Positions 48,842 to 59,735 of a DNA stretch of 64,000 nt are shown here, piece after piece. A model generated the notes under the pieces. It saw nothing but the letters and a program-made list of their open reading frames with translations. It was not told the origin of the DNA and did not search any database. Origin of the DNA: Verrucomicrobiales bacterium (GTDB lineage: Bacteria; Verrucomicrobiota; Verrucomicrobiia; Verrucomicrobiales; V1-33); assembly GCA_031411295.1 (NCBI GenBank), contig JANOAV010000087.1:64001-128000 (forward strand). The letters are read 5' to 3'. Position 1 is the stretch's first letter, and every line of letters starts with the position of its first letter. The translations under genes were made by a program, and so were the position numbers.

Positions 48842-51658
48842 CGCGTTCCCTAACACGTGATCGCATTCAGCGGTGAGCAATGTTTGCGCCACCGCATCCA
48901 CATCACCGAGACCGCTGCGCAATGCTTCACGGGTGGCGTCGGACCACAATTCAACCCAGGGGCGCAGTGTTAGGTCCTGATGGCTCTGTGGAGGTGCGAC
49001 TCGGTTTCTGACACTAAGGATCTCGCAGGCATGGACGAAGGCTTCCACCAGGGGCGGAGCGGCATCGGTTCGGAGATCCGCTGCGATGAGGGCCTTGGCT
49101 ACTTTCAGCCGATGTGCCAATTTTGGCGCGATGTCTGCAATGCGCAGTTTTTCTTCCTCCGTTAACGCCATGACCCTGGGGGTGGTTTCGGTGCTGCCGT
49201 CCAAGGGGCGACTGGCGCGTTCGCTACGTTGGATGAGGCCGGCCGCTTGCAGGGCCTCGATGGCAGTGAGGGTGGCTCGATCCAACACGAGCAGGCGTGT
49301 GGGTTCATCACTGGGTTCGCCTAGGAACATCTGCTGGTGTAAATGCTCGAGACGTGGTTTCCAAGCATCGGCATCGTGGTCCACCACGATGGCGATGGTG
49401 CTACCGGGTGCATCGGTGGCGAAGCGTTCTTCACAGGAAACGAGGTGTTGGCCCAGAAGCTGCCAGCATTGTGCCGCAAAAGCCTGCGGACGATCAGGGG
49501 GCGCTGGCGGTTTGGCGGCAGGCTTTTCCGGAGGAGGGGTGAGGATGACTTGCAACCGATTGAGAAACGACTGGCCGCCGCCTTTAAGGCTGATGCGTTC
49601 GAAATCTCCCCGCAGATCCAACACCCCATCGGACAAGCCCTGTTTCATGGCCAATGTTTCCAACATCCCGTGTTCAATGGAATTTTCCGTCACCAGATTG
49701 ATCACCGTTACGGCTCGTTTCTGATGCTTCCGCCACGCCCGGGCAATGCGCTGCTCCAGCTTGGCGGGGTTCCAAGGCAGATCACAATTGATCACCACAC
49801 TGGCATTCTGCAAATTCAGGCCAGAGCCCCCGCTCTCAGTGCAAAGCAGGATGCGGCAGTTAGGGTCCTGCTTGAATGCCATGATTTCCACTCGACGGCG
49901 TTTCTGGCTCACTTGTCCCGTGTGCAGGGCATAGCCGATCTTCATTTCGCGCAACAATCCCTGCACCAAATCCAACATGCGCACCCATTCAGAGAAAATG
50001 ATGACCTTCACCTCAGGTTCCGTGAGGCAGTCTTCCAGGATACTGCGCAGTTCATCCAGCTTCGGGCATTCCCGTGCTTCGGGGTTGAGGATATAAACGC
50101 TGTCACAAATCATCCGCATCTTGGCCAAGTTCAGCATCAGACGCTCGAACTCTTCTTTGCGCAGGGGACGATGCTTCGCCCGCATCGCAATCTGAGCCGC
50201 CTCCTTTTGCGGATCTTCATAAGCCGCTGCCTGCTCCTCTGTCATGCGGACAAAACGATTCTCGTCGGTGCGCTCGGGCAACTCATCCTCCACATCACTT
50301 TTGCGACGACGCAACATCAACGGCCGCACTCGCTCATGCAGCGCCCGCAAGTTCCGATAAGCTTCCGGGCGCCCCTTGTCATCAAGCTCATAGAACTCCC
50401 GATTGAAACGAAACAGTGATCCGAAGACCTCTGGATCAAGGAAATCCACCAACGAATACAATTCATCAATCCGATTCTCTAACGGAGTCCCCGTGAGCAC
50501 GAACGCATGCGGACTGCGCAGTAACTTGACGGCCCGGGCCGTGTTGGAAGCCCAGTTCTTAATGCGCTGGGCTTCGTCCAGCACGACGATGTCTGGGGCT
50601 AATCGCTCATTGATGTCGAGCACATCACTGCGCACTTGCTCGTAGTTCATCAGGGTGAACGTCGGTGCATCCTTGGTATAATGCCGCCCCCGTTCCCGCC
50701 GCCCGCCATAGACAATCTGATAGTCCAACGTGGTGAATTTCCGAATCTGTTCCTCCCATTCCGTCTTCAGCGAGGCCGGAGAAATGACCAGCACCCGCCG
50801 CGCCTTACCCAGTCGATGCAGTAGCGCACAGGCAGCAATTGCTTGAATCGTTTTGCCCAAACCCATTTCATCTGCTAGCATCGCGCGCCCCTTGAAGGCC
50901 AGATGCAACATGCCATCACGTTGATACGGATACAACGGCATCAACGTCACCTGCCCAGGTGCGGTGCCATCAACTACCGATCGTTCGTAATCTCGACGCA
51001 GGGTGACGCGCTGATCCTCTTGCCGACAACGTTCCAGCCAGCGCGGAATCGCGTGAGACACGCGCAACACCGGCCCACTCAGTGCCACTAAAATTTGTAA
51101 CGCATCCTCCGTGCTAACGTCCGCCGTCAGCACGCCGCTCTTGTCAAAAAATCCCTTCACCTTAGCAGGTAATCGCCTCCGATCCCCCCCAACGATAAAT
51201 GTCGGTAAACTCGCGTGACGCATGATCTCCGCACGTGCTGAACCTGACTCCACGGCTTCCTTCCAGCGTTTTCCAAGACGCTTTTCCAGTTGCCAAAGCA
51301 CTGCCTCCACGTGCTTGCACGTGCCCAACGCGTTGATCCGGAAATCCATACAAGAGCAGGCAAACAACCGCTGGGTCACATCATGAATTTGCACCACGTA
51401 GGGTAACCCGCTCGCTGAAGCCACCTTGAAATCTGAGAACAATGGATACTCTGGCGCCAGATTCGTCACCTGCATTACCTCCTCCCGCGCCCGCAACCGA
51501 CGACGATTGATCTCATCTTCATCCGTCGTCCGCCAATCTCCCTGAGCCGGAAGATTAATTTCATCGCCCCCTCGCTTGGCCTGCTTCTTTCCCTGCTTCT
51601 TATTGGGCACGGGGGTCGGCTTCGGTTTGATGAGTTTGTCGAATTTGGATCCAGCCAT
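48827..51658 (-). CDS. SWIM zinc-finger SNF2-family helicase
   Basis: CSCMDF..N.LGTCKH (SWIM), LADEMGLGKT, LDEAQRIKN, LTGTPLEN, GLNLQ, QRIARAWR. Confidence 0.9.
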   Translation of the reverse strand: MAGSKFDKLIKPKPTPVPNKKQGKKQAKRGGDEINLPAQGDWRTTDEDEINRRRLRAREEVMQVTNLAPEYPLFSDFKVASASGLPYVVQIHDVTQRLFACSCMDFRINALGTCKHVEAVLWQLEKRLGKRWKEAVESGSARAEIMRHASLPTFIVGGDRRRLPAKVKGFFDKSGVLTADVSTEDALQILVALSGPVLRVSHAIPRWLERCRQEDQRVTLRRDYERSVVDGTAPGQVTLMPLYPYQRDGMLHLAFKGRAMLADEMGLGKTIQAIAACALLHRLGKARRVLVISPASLKTEWEEQIRKFTTLDYQIVYGGRRERGRHYTKDAPTFTLMNYEQVRSDVLDINERLAPDIVVLDEAQRIKNWASNTARAVKLLRSPHAFVLTGTPLENRIDELYSLVDFLDPEVFGSLFRFNREFYELDDKGRPEAYRNLRALHERVRPLMLRRRKSDVEDELPERTDENRFVRMTEEQAAAYEDPQKEAAQIAMRAKHRPLRKEEFERLMLNLAKMRMICDSVYILNPEARECPKLDELRSILEDCLTEPEVKVIIFSEWVRMLDLVQGLLREMKIGYALHTGQVSQKRRRVEIMAFKQDPNCRILLCTESGGSGLNLQNASVVINCDLPWNPAKLEQRIARAWRKHQKRAVTVINLVTENSIEHGMLETLAMKQGLSDGVLDLRGDFERISLKGGGQSFLNRLQVILTPPPEKPAAKPPAPPDRPQAFAAQCWQLLGQHLVSCEERFATDAPGSTIAIVVDHDADAWKPRLEHLHQQMFLGEPSDEPTRLLVLDRATLTAIEALQAAGLIQRSERASRPLDGSTETTPRVMALTEEEKLRIADIAPKLAHRLKVAKALIAADLRTDAAPPLVEAFVHACEILSVRNRVAPPQSHQDLTLRPWVELWSDATREALRSGLGDVDAVAQTLLTAECDHVLGNALSSC

Positions 51659-51816
51659 GAGGGATGATGATTAATGAAATTAAGGAGAGGAGATGACCCG
51701 TGCCCTAATCCAAGGAGTGGGCCTTTGCAACCCCCACAAGATGGCATACCTGCCGCCAATGCCTTGCAATGACGGTTTCCCGCCGGCCTTCGCTGGAATC
51801 TGTGGCAAAATTCCCC

Positions 51817-51858
51817 TTGCAAATCTTACGCTAGTAGGATGTAATTCCTACATGCGTA
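51817..51858 (+). promoter_or_regulatory. Putative sigma70 promoter with two BlaI-type operators
   Basis: TTGCAA (51817)-17 bp-TGTAAT (51840); TAC-N4-GTA boxes at 51827-51836 and 51849-51858. Confidence 0.6.
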
Positions 51859-52244
51859 AGAAATTAACAACAACGGTGGCCCTGCCCACCATTTCAGATG
51901 CGGAATGGGAGGTGATGAAAATCCTCTGGGCGCAAGCTCCGCAGACCACGAATGAAGTGGTGGAGGCGCTGACTCCCCATCGGGAATGGAAACCGAAGAC
52001 GATTCACACACTATTGCGTCGTTTGGTGGATAAGGGCGCGCTGCGCGTGGAGAAGCAGGGGAGGGAGTTTCGTTACTATCCTGAGGTGACTGCCGGTGAA
52101 TGTCAGTTGGCGGAGAGTCGCTCCTTTCTGGGGCGGGTCTTTGACGGGGAGATGGCTCCCTTTCTGGCGGCGTTTGTCGAACGTCAGGAGTTAAGTAAGA
52201 CCGAAATTGAACAATTGAAGCGAATTTTAGACGGAGGAAAATAA
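51852..52244 (+). CDS. BlaI/MecI/CopY-family repressor
   Basis: ISDAEWEVMKILW, WKPKTIHTLLRRLVDKG, SFLGRVFDG, LSKTEIEQLKRIL. Confidence 0.92.
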   Translation: MRKKLTTTVALPTISDAEWEVMKILWAQAPQTTNEVVEALTPHREWKPKTIHTLLRRLVDKGALRVEKQGREFRYYPEVTAGECQLAESRSFLGRVFDGEMAPFLAAFVERQELSKTEIEQLKRILDGGK

Positions 52245-52245
52245 C

Positions 52246-55200
52246 ATGAATCTGGAAACATTGACCAATTGGTTATCGGAAATCAGCCCTTGGGTGCTAA
52301 GCAACTCTGCGGGTGCAGTGCTCTTGGTGCTGGGGATCTGGCTGCTGCGGAAATACTCCGTGCTGCGGCAGCGTCCGCGTTGGCTCTATGCACTGGGGTT
52401 GCTGGTAATGCTGCGGGCTTTGGATCCCCAGCCTGCCTGGCGTATCCTGGCCGTGGCTCAAGCCAGCCGAGATGGCTGCGCCTGTGATGGCGCCTGTTGC
52501 GGAGGAACCCGCCATGCCCCTGCGCCCCACTGCTGCCCCTGTGACCCAGACATTCGAGCCAGACTTAAGCGAAACCAAGGTCATGGAAAGTCTTAAGGAG
52601 GAGCCCGGTTTGGAGCCGATGATTCCGCTGCCGCCAACTCCGCTGCCAACGTTGGCGGTGGCGGAGTCCACGGTGCCGGAACCGGTGCGCCAGATTTCTG
52701 CTGGGGAAATGTTGTCGTGGTGCTGGTTGATGGGCCTGTTGTTAGTATTGGCTGGCACCTGCTGGCGGCAGGGACGGTTTGCGCGACGCGTGGCTCGTTT
52801 GGCGCAGCCTGCCAGCAAGGCTCACGTGGCATTGCTGGCAGAGTTGCAACGCCTGACGGGGCAGCATCAGGCCGTCCGACTGCGGATGCTGCCGGGACTG
52901 GGCACGCCGGCGGTATTCGGTTGGTGGCGACCCCAGATTTTACTCACGGAAGCAGCCGCTACCGGACTCAACGAGTCGGAACTGCGTCATGTGTTGCTGC
53001 ACGAACTCAGTCATATTCGGCGGCATGATGTCTTGCTGAACTGGGCGCTTATTTTCACCCGGGCCGTGCATTGGTTTAATCCACTGGTGTGGTTGAGCCA
53101 GCGCTGGTTAGTGCGGGATCGGGAGCTGCTGTGGGATGCGCAGGCGATGGCTTTTTTATCCTCCCAGGAAACGCCGCGGGACTATGGTTATACTTTGTTG
53201 AAACTAGCCATGCCTGGGGCGCAGGAGCCCACCACCCCCAGCCTGGCCCCTCTGTTCCACTCCTCCCACGAACTCCAACGCCGCATCCGCATGATTTCCC
53301 AACCCCCAAATCAACCCGCGTCGAAATGGCACATGGCGCTGTCATTGCTAGCCGTCAGCGCGTTGGCAATATTCACCTTCACCAGGGCGGTGGCGGAGGA
53401 TGCCCCGCCGTCGCCAAAAGTTCCGGAGGTGCGACGCGCCGAGATCGTAGATTCCTCCGTGGACGACCCCAGTGCTGAGGAATTGGCTCCCGTCCGAGCC
53501 GCGTTGGATTCATTCCTAGCCGCCCGCACTTGGCAGGATCGCGCCAAGTTCACGCAGCAAGCGGAGCGCCTTCGCCCCCAGATGGAGGAATTCTACGCCC
53601 ACCATGCCGACGGCCCCATTGCGGCGGAGAAGATTGATTTCCTAACCACCCAGCCAACCCCGGGCGGTAAGAGTCGCTTTTACATATTTCAGGTGGTGTG
53701 CGGTTCTCGGCTAGGCTTCCCGGTTTCGTTGGAAATGGTAAATGGAAGCTATCAAGTGGAGTGGGAAAGTTTTGTGGAGTTCAAGGACTTGTTCTTGCCG
53801 AAATACTTCGAGACCTTCCATGAAAAGCCCGCCGAGTTTCGGGTGGTGCTGCGTCGCACCCACTACTTTGGGGCGGATATTCCTAATCAGGACCAGAAAC
53901 TTTGCTTTGCGGTGGAACCCCCGGTCGCAGGGCACGCGAATTACGCTTGGGTGACGAAAGCCAATGTGGCCGTGCTTAGCAAACTGCGGGAGGGGGGTGA
54001 CTTCGGCCACGTTTACTATCCCGTCGTGAAATTACGATGGGTCAAAGAAGGCAAGGCCAGCTATGTGGTCCTCGATGACATCGTGTCCGACAACTGGCGC
54101 GCGGACCATCCCCAGCGAACGTCCACCCCAGATCCTTCCGCTCGCCTCCAGAGACTGACCAAGCAACGCGACGAGGTGAAACGCGAACTCAGCGAGCTGG
54201 AGGCTTCGTCCAAGGCTGGGAAGGACCTGCGGCAGGAAATTCTAGCGCTGCAAAAAGTGGCCCGGGATCTGACTACAGCTTATTACAAAGAAAAATACTT
54301 GGTGCCCGCCCTCCAGGAACCGGAAAATCGTTCCGCGCTGGAGAAACTAAAGGATGAACTGGAGCGAGAGTTAAAGGAGTTGAGCGCTCAGGGATTGGAT
54401 GAGAACCACCCGGATGTTAGTGGGTTGAGGGAAGCGAAGGGGCAAGTGTTGGAGCTTTACTATCGCGCCAAATACTCGCTCCAGGAAGGTGATGTGATCG
54501 AAGTGGATGAGACGAAGCGAGGGGCTGAAGCCCCTGATTTGAAGGAAATCCCCTTCGGCACTTGGGTCCCGGACAAAAGGGGCTTCGTTTACAGTCCCTA
54601 TGCCCCGGACAGTGGAGGAGTGGACGTCTCCGATATTCCTGCCGGAACCAAAGTGGAATGTCCTTACACGAAGAAGATTTTCCGCGTTCCACGGGTTGGG
54701 CAGACGGGGAGATATACGGTTTTGGGAGCCGTGCTCAAGCCAGGGTCGTATGCGTTGCCGAATGCGCGTATTGACCTAACTGTAGCGGTAGGGATGGCAG
54801 GAGGGATCATGAGGCCTACAGACAGTATTGCGAAGGCATGGTTAGTGAAGTGTGAAGCAGAGGTCGCGAAACTCAAGGCCCAGTTACAGGCCCTCTCGGA
54901 CATAAAGGACGCAGACCAAGCTATCGAAGTCGCTGCGGGGATTACCACCGATAGTGAGATCATGAAGGAATCACTGCCCGCTTTCCACAAAGCAAAGATT
55001 GAATTGGCGCAACTTTTGGATGGCGGTCTGGGCACTCGCCATCCGAGCGTGGTGGCTGCTAGGGGGCAAGTGGAAATCCTGAAGGAAGACCTCTTGTCAG
55101 GAGTGACCGCGGTGAAGCTGTCCTTGGAAGCCAGACTAAAAATAGCGCAAGCTGCGCTGCAAAGTTGGCAGGAAACGAACGCCGAAGCCCTGAAAGCCAA

Positions 55201-55891
55201 GCCGAGCGTAATCCGCATCCGCCTGAAGCACGCGGCCAGTGTGCAGGCATTGGAAGGAGACTTAGACGACCTCGGAGCAGAGCAGATAAAGCCAGGCGAT
55301 ATCATTACGGTGATAGCAGGAGATGAGGCCGTTTCCGCAGAAGCAAAACCTGCCGCCACGCGAGCCAATTTCACGATCATCGGTGAGGTAAAGCGTCCGG
55401 GAACTTACGCAGCTCCGTCTGGCAAGCAGCTAACCCTGACGGAGGCGGTCGGCATGGCTGGTGGCTTTGGCCCAATGGCGGAGCGGGCGAAGGTGAAAAT
55501 TGTGCGACGCGGAGTGCAAGCTCCCCTCGAAGTTGATCCCAGCCGCATCCCGGGAAATGGGGTCGGCCTGCTGATCCAAGATGGGGATGTGATCGAAGTT
55601 GCTGCTGCTGAAGCCAAGGACGCCGTTGGAGCCCCTGCCGTCCCCCAGCGTGGAGTGTTTACAGTCCTTGGAGCGGTGAACAAGCCCGGCAAGTTTAATT
55701 TCCCTCCAGGAATCAAACTAACCCTAATGGAGGCTGTCGGCATGGCTGGTGGCTTCAACAAACTGACCAATGCGAAAAAAGCGACATTGAAACGCGATGG
55801 TGTGGAACAAGTTCTGGAACTTCGCACCCATGGGACCGACGAAGTCAAAGCGGGAGATGTGGTCACCATCCAAGAGAGCGTCCCATTCTAG
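52246..55891 (+). pseudogene. BlaR1/M56 peptidase sensor with SLBB and coiled-coil domains, split by a one-base frameshift near 52416 (real lesion or sequencing error)
   Basis: ORF 52246 holds the first TM helices; ORF 52472 holds PAVFGWWRPQILL, LLHELSHIRRHD and HWFNPLVW. Deleting one G of GGG 52415-52417 joins them as LLVMLR-LWIPSLP. Confidence 0.75.
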
Positions 55892-56023
55892 CGCTGGGTG
55901 AAGGAGTCTGTCATGGAGTTATCGAGGATACCGCATTAAGCGTTAGTCATCTGAGCCGGGAGTAAACTAAGGAATTTCATGACGCGTGTCTCGCAATGCA
56001 CGGCGGGCGTGTCGATCCTATTG

Positions 56024-56956
56024 CTATTTCTCAGGCAAAATCATCGCCACTGGAGTCGAGTTCCCGAAGTTCTTGAAGTCCTTCCACTGCCAGACCACTT
56101 TCTTGTCAGGCGTGACTTCGATGAGTTGGGGATTCTCCGGGCCGGCATGGCAATTATTGATGACGGTGTTGCCATTGGCGAGACGCTCGACGCGGCAGAC
56201 CCATGCCAAAGTGATGCCTGGCAGATCCTTCTGCTCCAGCTTCCAGACGATTTTCTTATCTGGAGTCACTTCGATCACGCTATGGCCATTGCCGGTGCCA
56301 ATGAGGGTATTCCCATTGGCCAAGCGCTCGGCGGAGAACAAATGATTGCCAAACGCTTCTGGCCCGTGACCCCCGGCGGCTGGTTTGTCGAACATCGGCA
56401 CGGGGAACTCCCACACCACCTTGCCATCCGGAGCATATTCCTTGGCGATTCCGTCGGCTTCATGGGCGACCAAGTAGTTGCCATTGGCGATCTTCCGCAC
56501 CATCCGCGTGTCGCTGTGGGCGTTGGGTTTGCTAACTTGTAACTTCACTTCCTTCACGATCTTCCCCTCTGAGGAAACTTCGATGATCCGCCCCACGCCA
56601 GATTCCACGATCATCGTGTTTCCGTCATCCAAACGTTGGAACGCATGCACTTCGACAGGCTTGCCGGGATTGGTCTTGGCGGAATCATATTCCCAGACCA
56701 CCTTGCCGTCGGGCGTCTTTTCCACGATGTGGTTCCAGCCCTTGTCTTGGAAGACTAAATTTCCGTTCTTCAGCAATTGTGCATTGTGAATGGCTCCCAC
56801 TTTTTCTTCGCGTTCAAAGGTTCCATCTGGCTTGATGATGGCAAGGCGATGCGTGGAATCATCCGCCACCAACAAACGACGGCCGGGGGCGGTGTCTTGA
56901 GCAGAGAGGGACAGGGTGAGAGTAGTGAAACAGAGGGCAAGATGGCGGATAGTCAT
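56024..56956 (-). CDS. Exported beta-propeller repeat protein (PQQ/arylsulfotransferase-like)
   Basis: Signal peptide MTIRHLALCFTTLTLSLSA; repeats of RL.NGNT(L/V)I...(V/I)IEV(T/S)PD.KVVW. Confidence 0.8.
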   Translation of the reverse strand: MTIRHLALCFTTLTLSLSAQDTAPGRRLLVADDSTHRLAIIKPDGTFEREEKVGAIHNAQLLKNGNLVFQDKGWNHIVEKTPDGKVVWEYDSAKTNPGKPVEVHAFQRLDDGNTMIVESGVGRIIEVSSEGKIVKEVKLQVSKPNAHSDTRMVRKIANGNYLVAHEADGIAKEYAPDGKVVWEFPVPMFDKPAAGGHGPEAFGNHLFSAERLANGNTLIGTGNGHSVIEVTPDKKIVWKLEQKDLPGITLAWVCRVERLANGNTVINNCHAGPENPQLIEVTPDKKVVWQWKDFKNFGNSTPVAMILPEK

Positions 56957-57024
56957 GACGCATCCTGTATGGAATCCATGCCTTCCGCAGCAAAATTCGC
57001 GCCGACTGCTAAAACACGTAGTGG

Positions 57025-59547
57025 CTACAGTTCCCGCCATTCATGCTTGGGATAGCGTCGCTTGAGTTCCTTGGCGATGGTGGGGTAACTATTTTTCCAG
57101 AAGCTGGCGAGGTCCTTGGTCACTTGAATGGGGCGCATGTTAGGAGCCAGCAATTGAATCAACAAGGGCACGCGCCCAGCGGCAATGCGCGGCGTTTCGG
57201 TCTGCCCATAGAAGTCTTGGATCCGGGAGGAGATGGTGGGTTCAGCTCCGTGGGCATAGTCGATCTTCGTCTTGCGGCCGCTGGCGAGGTCGATGCGATC
57301 GGGCGCATGGCGTTGTAACGCTTGGTTTTGCTCGTAACTTAACCAACTTTGCAGCGCGTGCAGCGGATTCAGTTCCTTGATGTCCTTGTAGCTTTTACAA
57401 CCATGGAATAATTCTTCGAAGACAAGACGCTTATCTTCGTCGGTGAATTCAGGGATCTCCAGTTCGGGCATGTGCTGCCGCAGGAAATGCAGTCGCGCTA
57501 ACCACTGTTGCGCATGATCGTCCCAACCGGTAAAGGTCAGGGAGCCGTCCAGCACCATATCCGCCAGCAAGGCCGCCGCCGCATTGTCGGTCGGTTCTCC
57601 GCTTTGACGCTCGCGTAGCATGAGATCACGGAAACGCACGGTTTCCTTCTGTTGGACACGTCGCTGCAGGGTGTCCCAGACCGCCGCATTGGTCTTGGCG
57701 AAATCGTGCGGAAAGAGTTCGGCCAACCACGTTTCCTCGACTTCAGTATTCAAATTCAAGATCACCTGGAGATCTTTCCCCTGCACTTCCGCCATTTCAG
57801 CGGCCACCAGTAAGTCATGACCGCGCATCAGACTGTCCTTGGCAACGGACCCGCGGCGTTTCCCCACCACATCACAAGCCGTGCTGGCAACATTGGTGCG
57901 ACGCGCCACGTGGTCGGAGTAACCACTGAGCATGACTTTGGCGAGCGACTCCAAGCTCGGTAAATTAAGCTCTCCAGTCTGCTTGCGCGTCATGCCCATG
58001 AGTCGTTCCGCCAGCCTGCCAGCTTCGGAAGCAGCCTTGCCATTGAGTCCCAACCGACCGCACGCATCGGGGGAGAATCTGGCGTCTGCCGCTGCCTGCC
58101 AAGCCCGCAGCAGCGGATAGAAGTCGCTCCGGTCATCGGGATCATGAAATTTTGTGGCCGATCCGCCACCGCTCTTCACATACAAACTGCGGCCTTGGAG
58201 CAGGGCCATGCAGAGCGCCACGGCGGGCACACAATCTTCCTCCGTGGCCGCTTCCAGCACGCGGGCCTGGCGGGGGTGGAGGGGATAGCGCGTTAGTTTC
58301 CGCCCCAGGGAAGTGATCTCCCCCGTCTTCGCATCGACTGCTCCCAGCTCCTGCAACAACGTTTCCGCGAGGGCCAGACTGCGTGGGTCCGGTGGATCAA
58401 ACCAACGGAAACCAGCCAAATCCCGGATCCCCGCCGCATGCAATCCTAACGCGACTTCCGCCAAGTCCATGCGGCGGATTTCGGGCAGTTCTGCGGCGGG
58501 TCGGCGGGCGTGGTGTTGCTCGCTCCAGAGCCGAATGCACGTGCCCGGGCCGGTGCGTCCGGCCCGTCCTGCGCGCTGGTCTGCGCTAGCCCGGGAAATG
58601 GCCTGAACCGTCAGCGTGTTCAGCCCGCGGTTGGCATCATAGCTGGCCAACCGCGCCTGACCTCCGTCAATCACCAGGCGCACGCCATCGATGGTGAGAG
58701 AGGTTTCCGCCACGTTAGTCGAAACGACGATCCGCCGTCGGCCCCCGTGGCTCACTGCGGCATCCTGTTGTTGCGGTGGCAGTTCCCCATGCAACGGCAG
58801 AATGTCGAAGTCCTTCAGCGCCTTTTCACGCCCTAACGCCTCCATGGTCTTTCGAATTTCATAAGCTCCTGGCATGAAAATCAGCGCATGCCCTTCTGCT
58901 AGCTTACTCATTTCCAGGCCACAAATGCGCGCGGCATGTTCCGGGAGGTCATCGCCTGTAACCAGCTTCGGTGGGGCGTAACGCAAGCTTACCGGGTAGG
59001 TGCGGCCTGCGGAAACCAAGTGCTCGCACGGAGCCAGGTAGCGTTTCAACTCCTCGGTCTGCAAGGTAGCGGACATGACCAGGATGCCCAAGTCTGGCCG
59101 TCTCGATTCCTGCAGGTCCAACGCGCGCGCCAGGGTCACATCGCCATACAGATGCCGCTCGTGAAATTCATCAAAGACGACTGCGGAAACCCCCTTGAGG
59201 TCGGGATCGTCCAACATGCGTCGGAGGAGGATGCCCTCAGTCACAAAGCGAATTTTGGTGGCGGCACTAACCGCACTTTCAAAGCGCACCTGATAACCTA
59301 CTTCCTGGCCTAACCGCACGCCCATTTCCTCCGCCACCCGCCGCGCCAGCATCCGGGCGGCAATGCGGCGGGGTTGCAGGATGATGACTTCCCCGCCATC
59401 CAAAACCCCCGCGGCCAAGAGCATTTGCGGAATCTGAGTGGACTTCCCCGAGCCCGTGGGGGCCTCAATCACAAAGCGCCTACGCTCCTGGGAAGCGCGA
59501 TAAGCGTTCAGCAAGGCAGGTTCGAGTTCGAAGATGGGAAGGCGCAT
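57025..59547 (-). CDS. hrpB: ATP-dependent RNA helicase HrpB
   Basis: APTGSGKSTQ, QPRRIAAR, DEFHER, MSAT, QRAGRAGR; C-terminal LLAPNMRPIQVTKDLASFW...RYPKHEW. Confidence 0.95.
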   Translation of the reverse strand: MRLPIFELEPALLNAYRASQERRRFVIEAPTGSGKSTQIPQMLLAAGVLDGGEVIILQPRRIAARMLARRVAEEMGVRLGQEVGYQVRFESAVSAATKIRFVTEGILLRRMLDDPDLKGVSAVVFDEFHERHLYGDVTLARALDLQESRRPDLGILVMSATLQTEELKRYLAPCEHLVSAGRTYPVSLRYAPPKLVTGDDLPEHAARICGLEMSKLAEGHALIFMPGAYEIRKTMEALGREKALKDFDILPLHGELPPQQQDAAVSHGGRRRIVVSTNVAETSLTIDGVRLVIDGGQARLASYDANRGLNTLTVQAISRASADQRAGRAGRTGPGTCIRLWSEQHHARRPAAELPEIRRMDLAEVALGLHAAGIRDLAGFRWFDPPDPRSLALAETLLQELGAVDAKTGEITSLGRKLTRYPLHPRQARVLEAATEEDCVPAVALCMALLQGRSLYVKSGGGSATKFHDPDDRSDFYPLLRAWQAAADARFSPDACGRLGLNGKAASEAGRLAERLMGMTRKQTGELNLPSLESLAKVMLSGYSDHVARRTNVASTACDVVGKRRGSVAKDSLMRGHDLLVAAEMAEVQGKDLQVILNLNTEVEETWLAELFPHDFAKTNAAVWDTLQRRVQQKETVRFRDLMLRERQSGEPTDNAAAALLADMVLDGSLTFTGWDDHAQQWLARLHFLRQHMPELEIPEFTDEDKRLVFEELFHGCKSYKDIKELNPLHALQSWLSYEQNQALQRHAPDRIDLASGRKTKIDYAHGAEPTISSRIQDFYGQTETPRIAAGRVPLLIQLLAPNMRPIQVTKDLASFWKNSYPTIAKELKRRYPKHEWREL

Positions 59548-59735
59548 GAAGGGTGGTGAGCAGATTCTGAGGGTTCGTAAGCTGGGTCGGGCAAAACACC
59601 AAGGGCAAAACCGTCGGTCCTTAAGTCGTCTAAATAATTACCGGGCAAGCGATGATTTGATTTTTACTCAAGCTAGTCTTCACTGCCGTGGGCGGGAACC
59701 CGAACTCCAACCCATCAACCGAATCAAATAACTGC

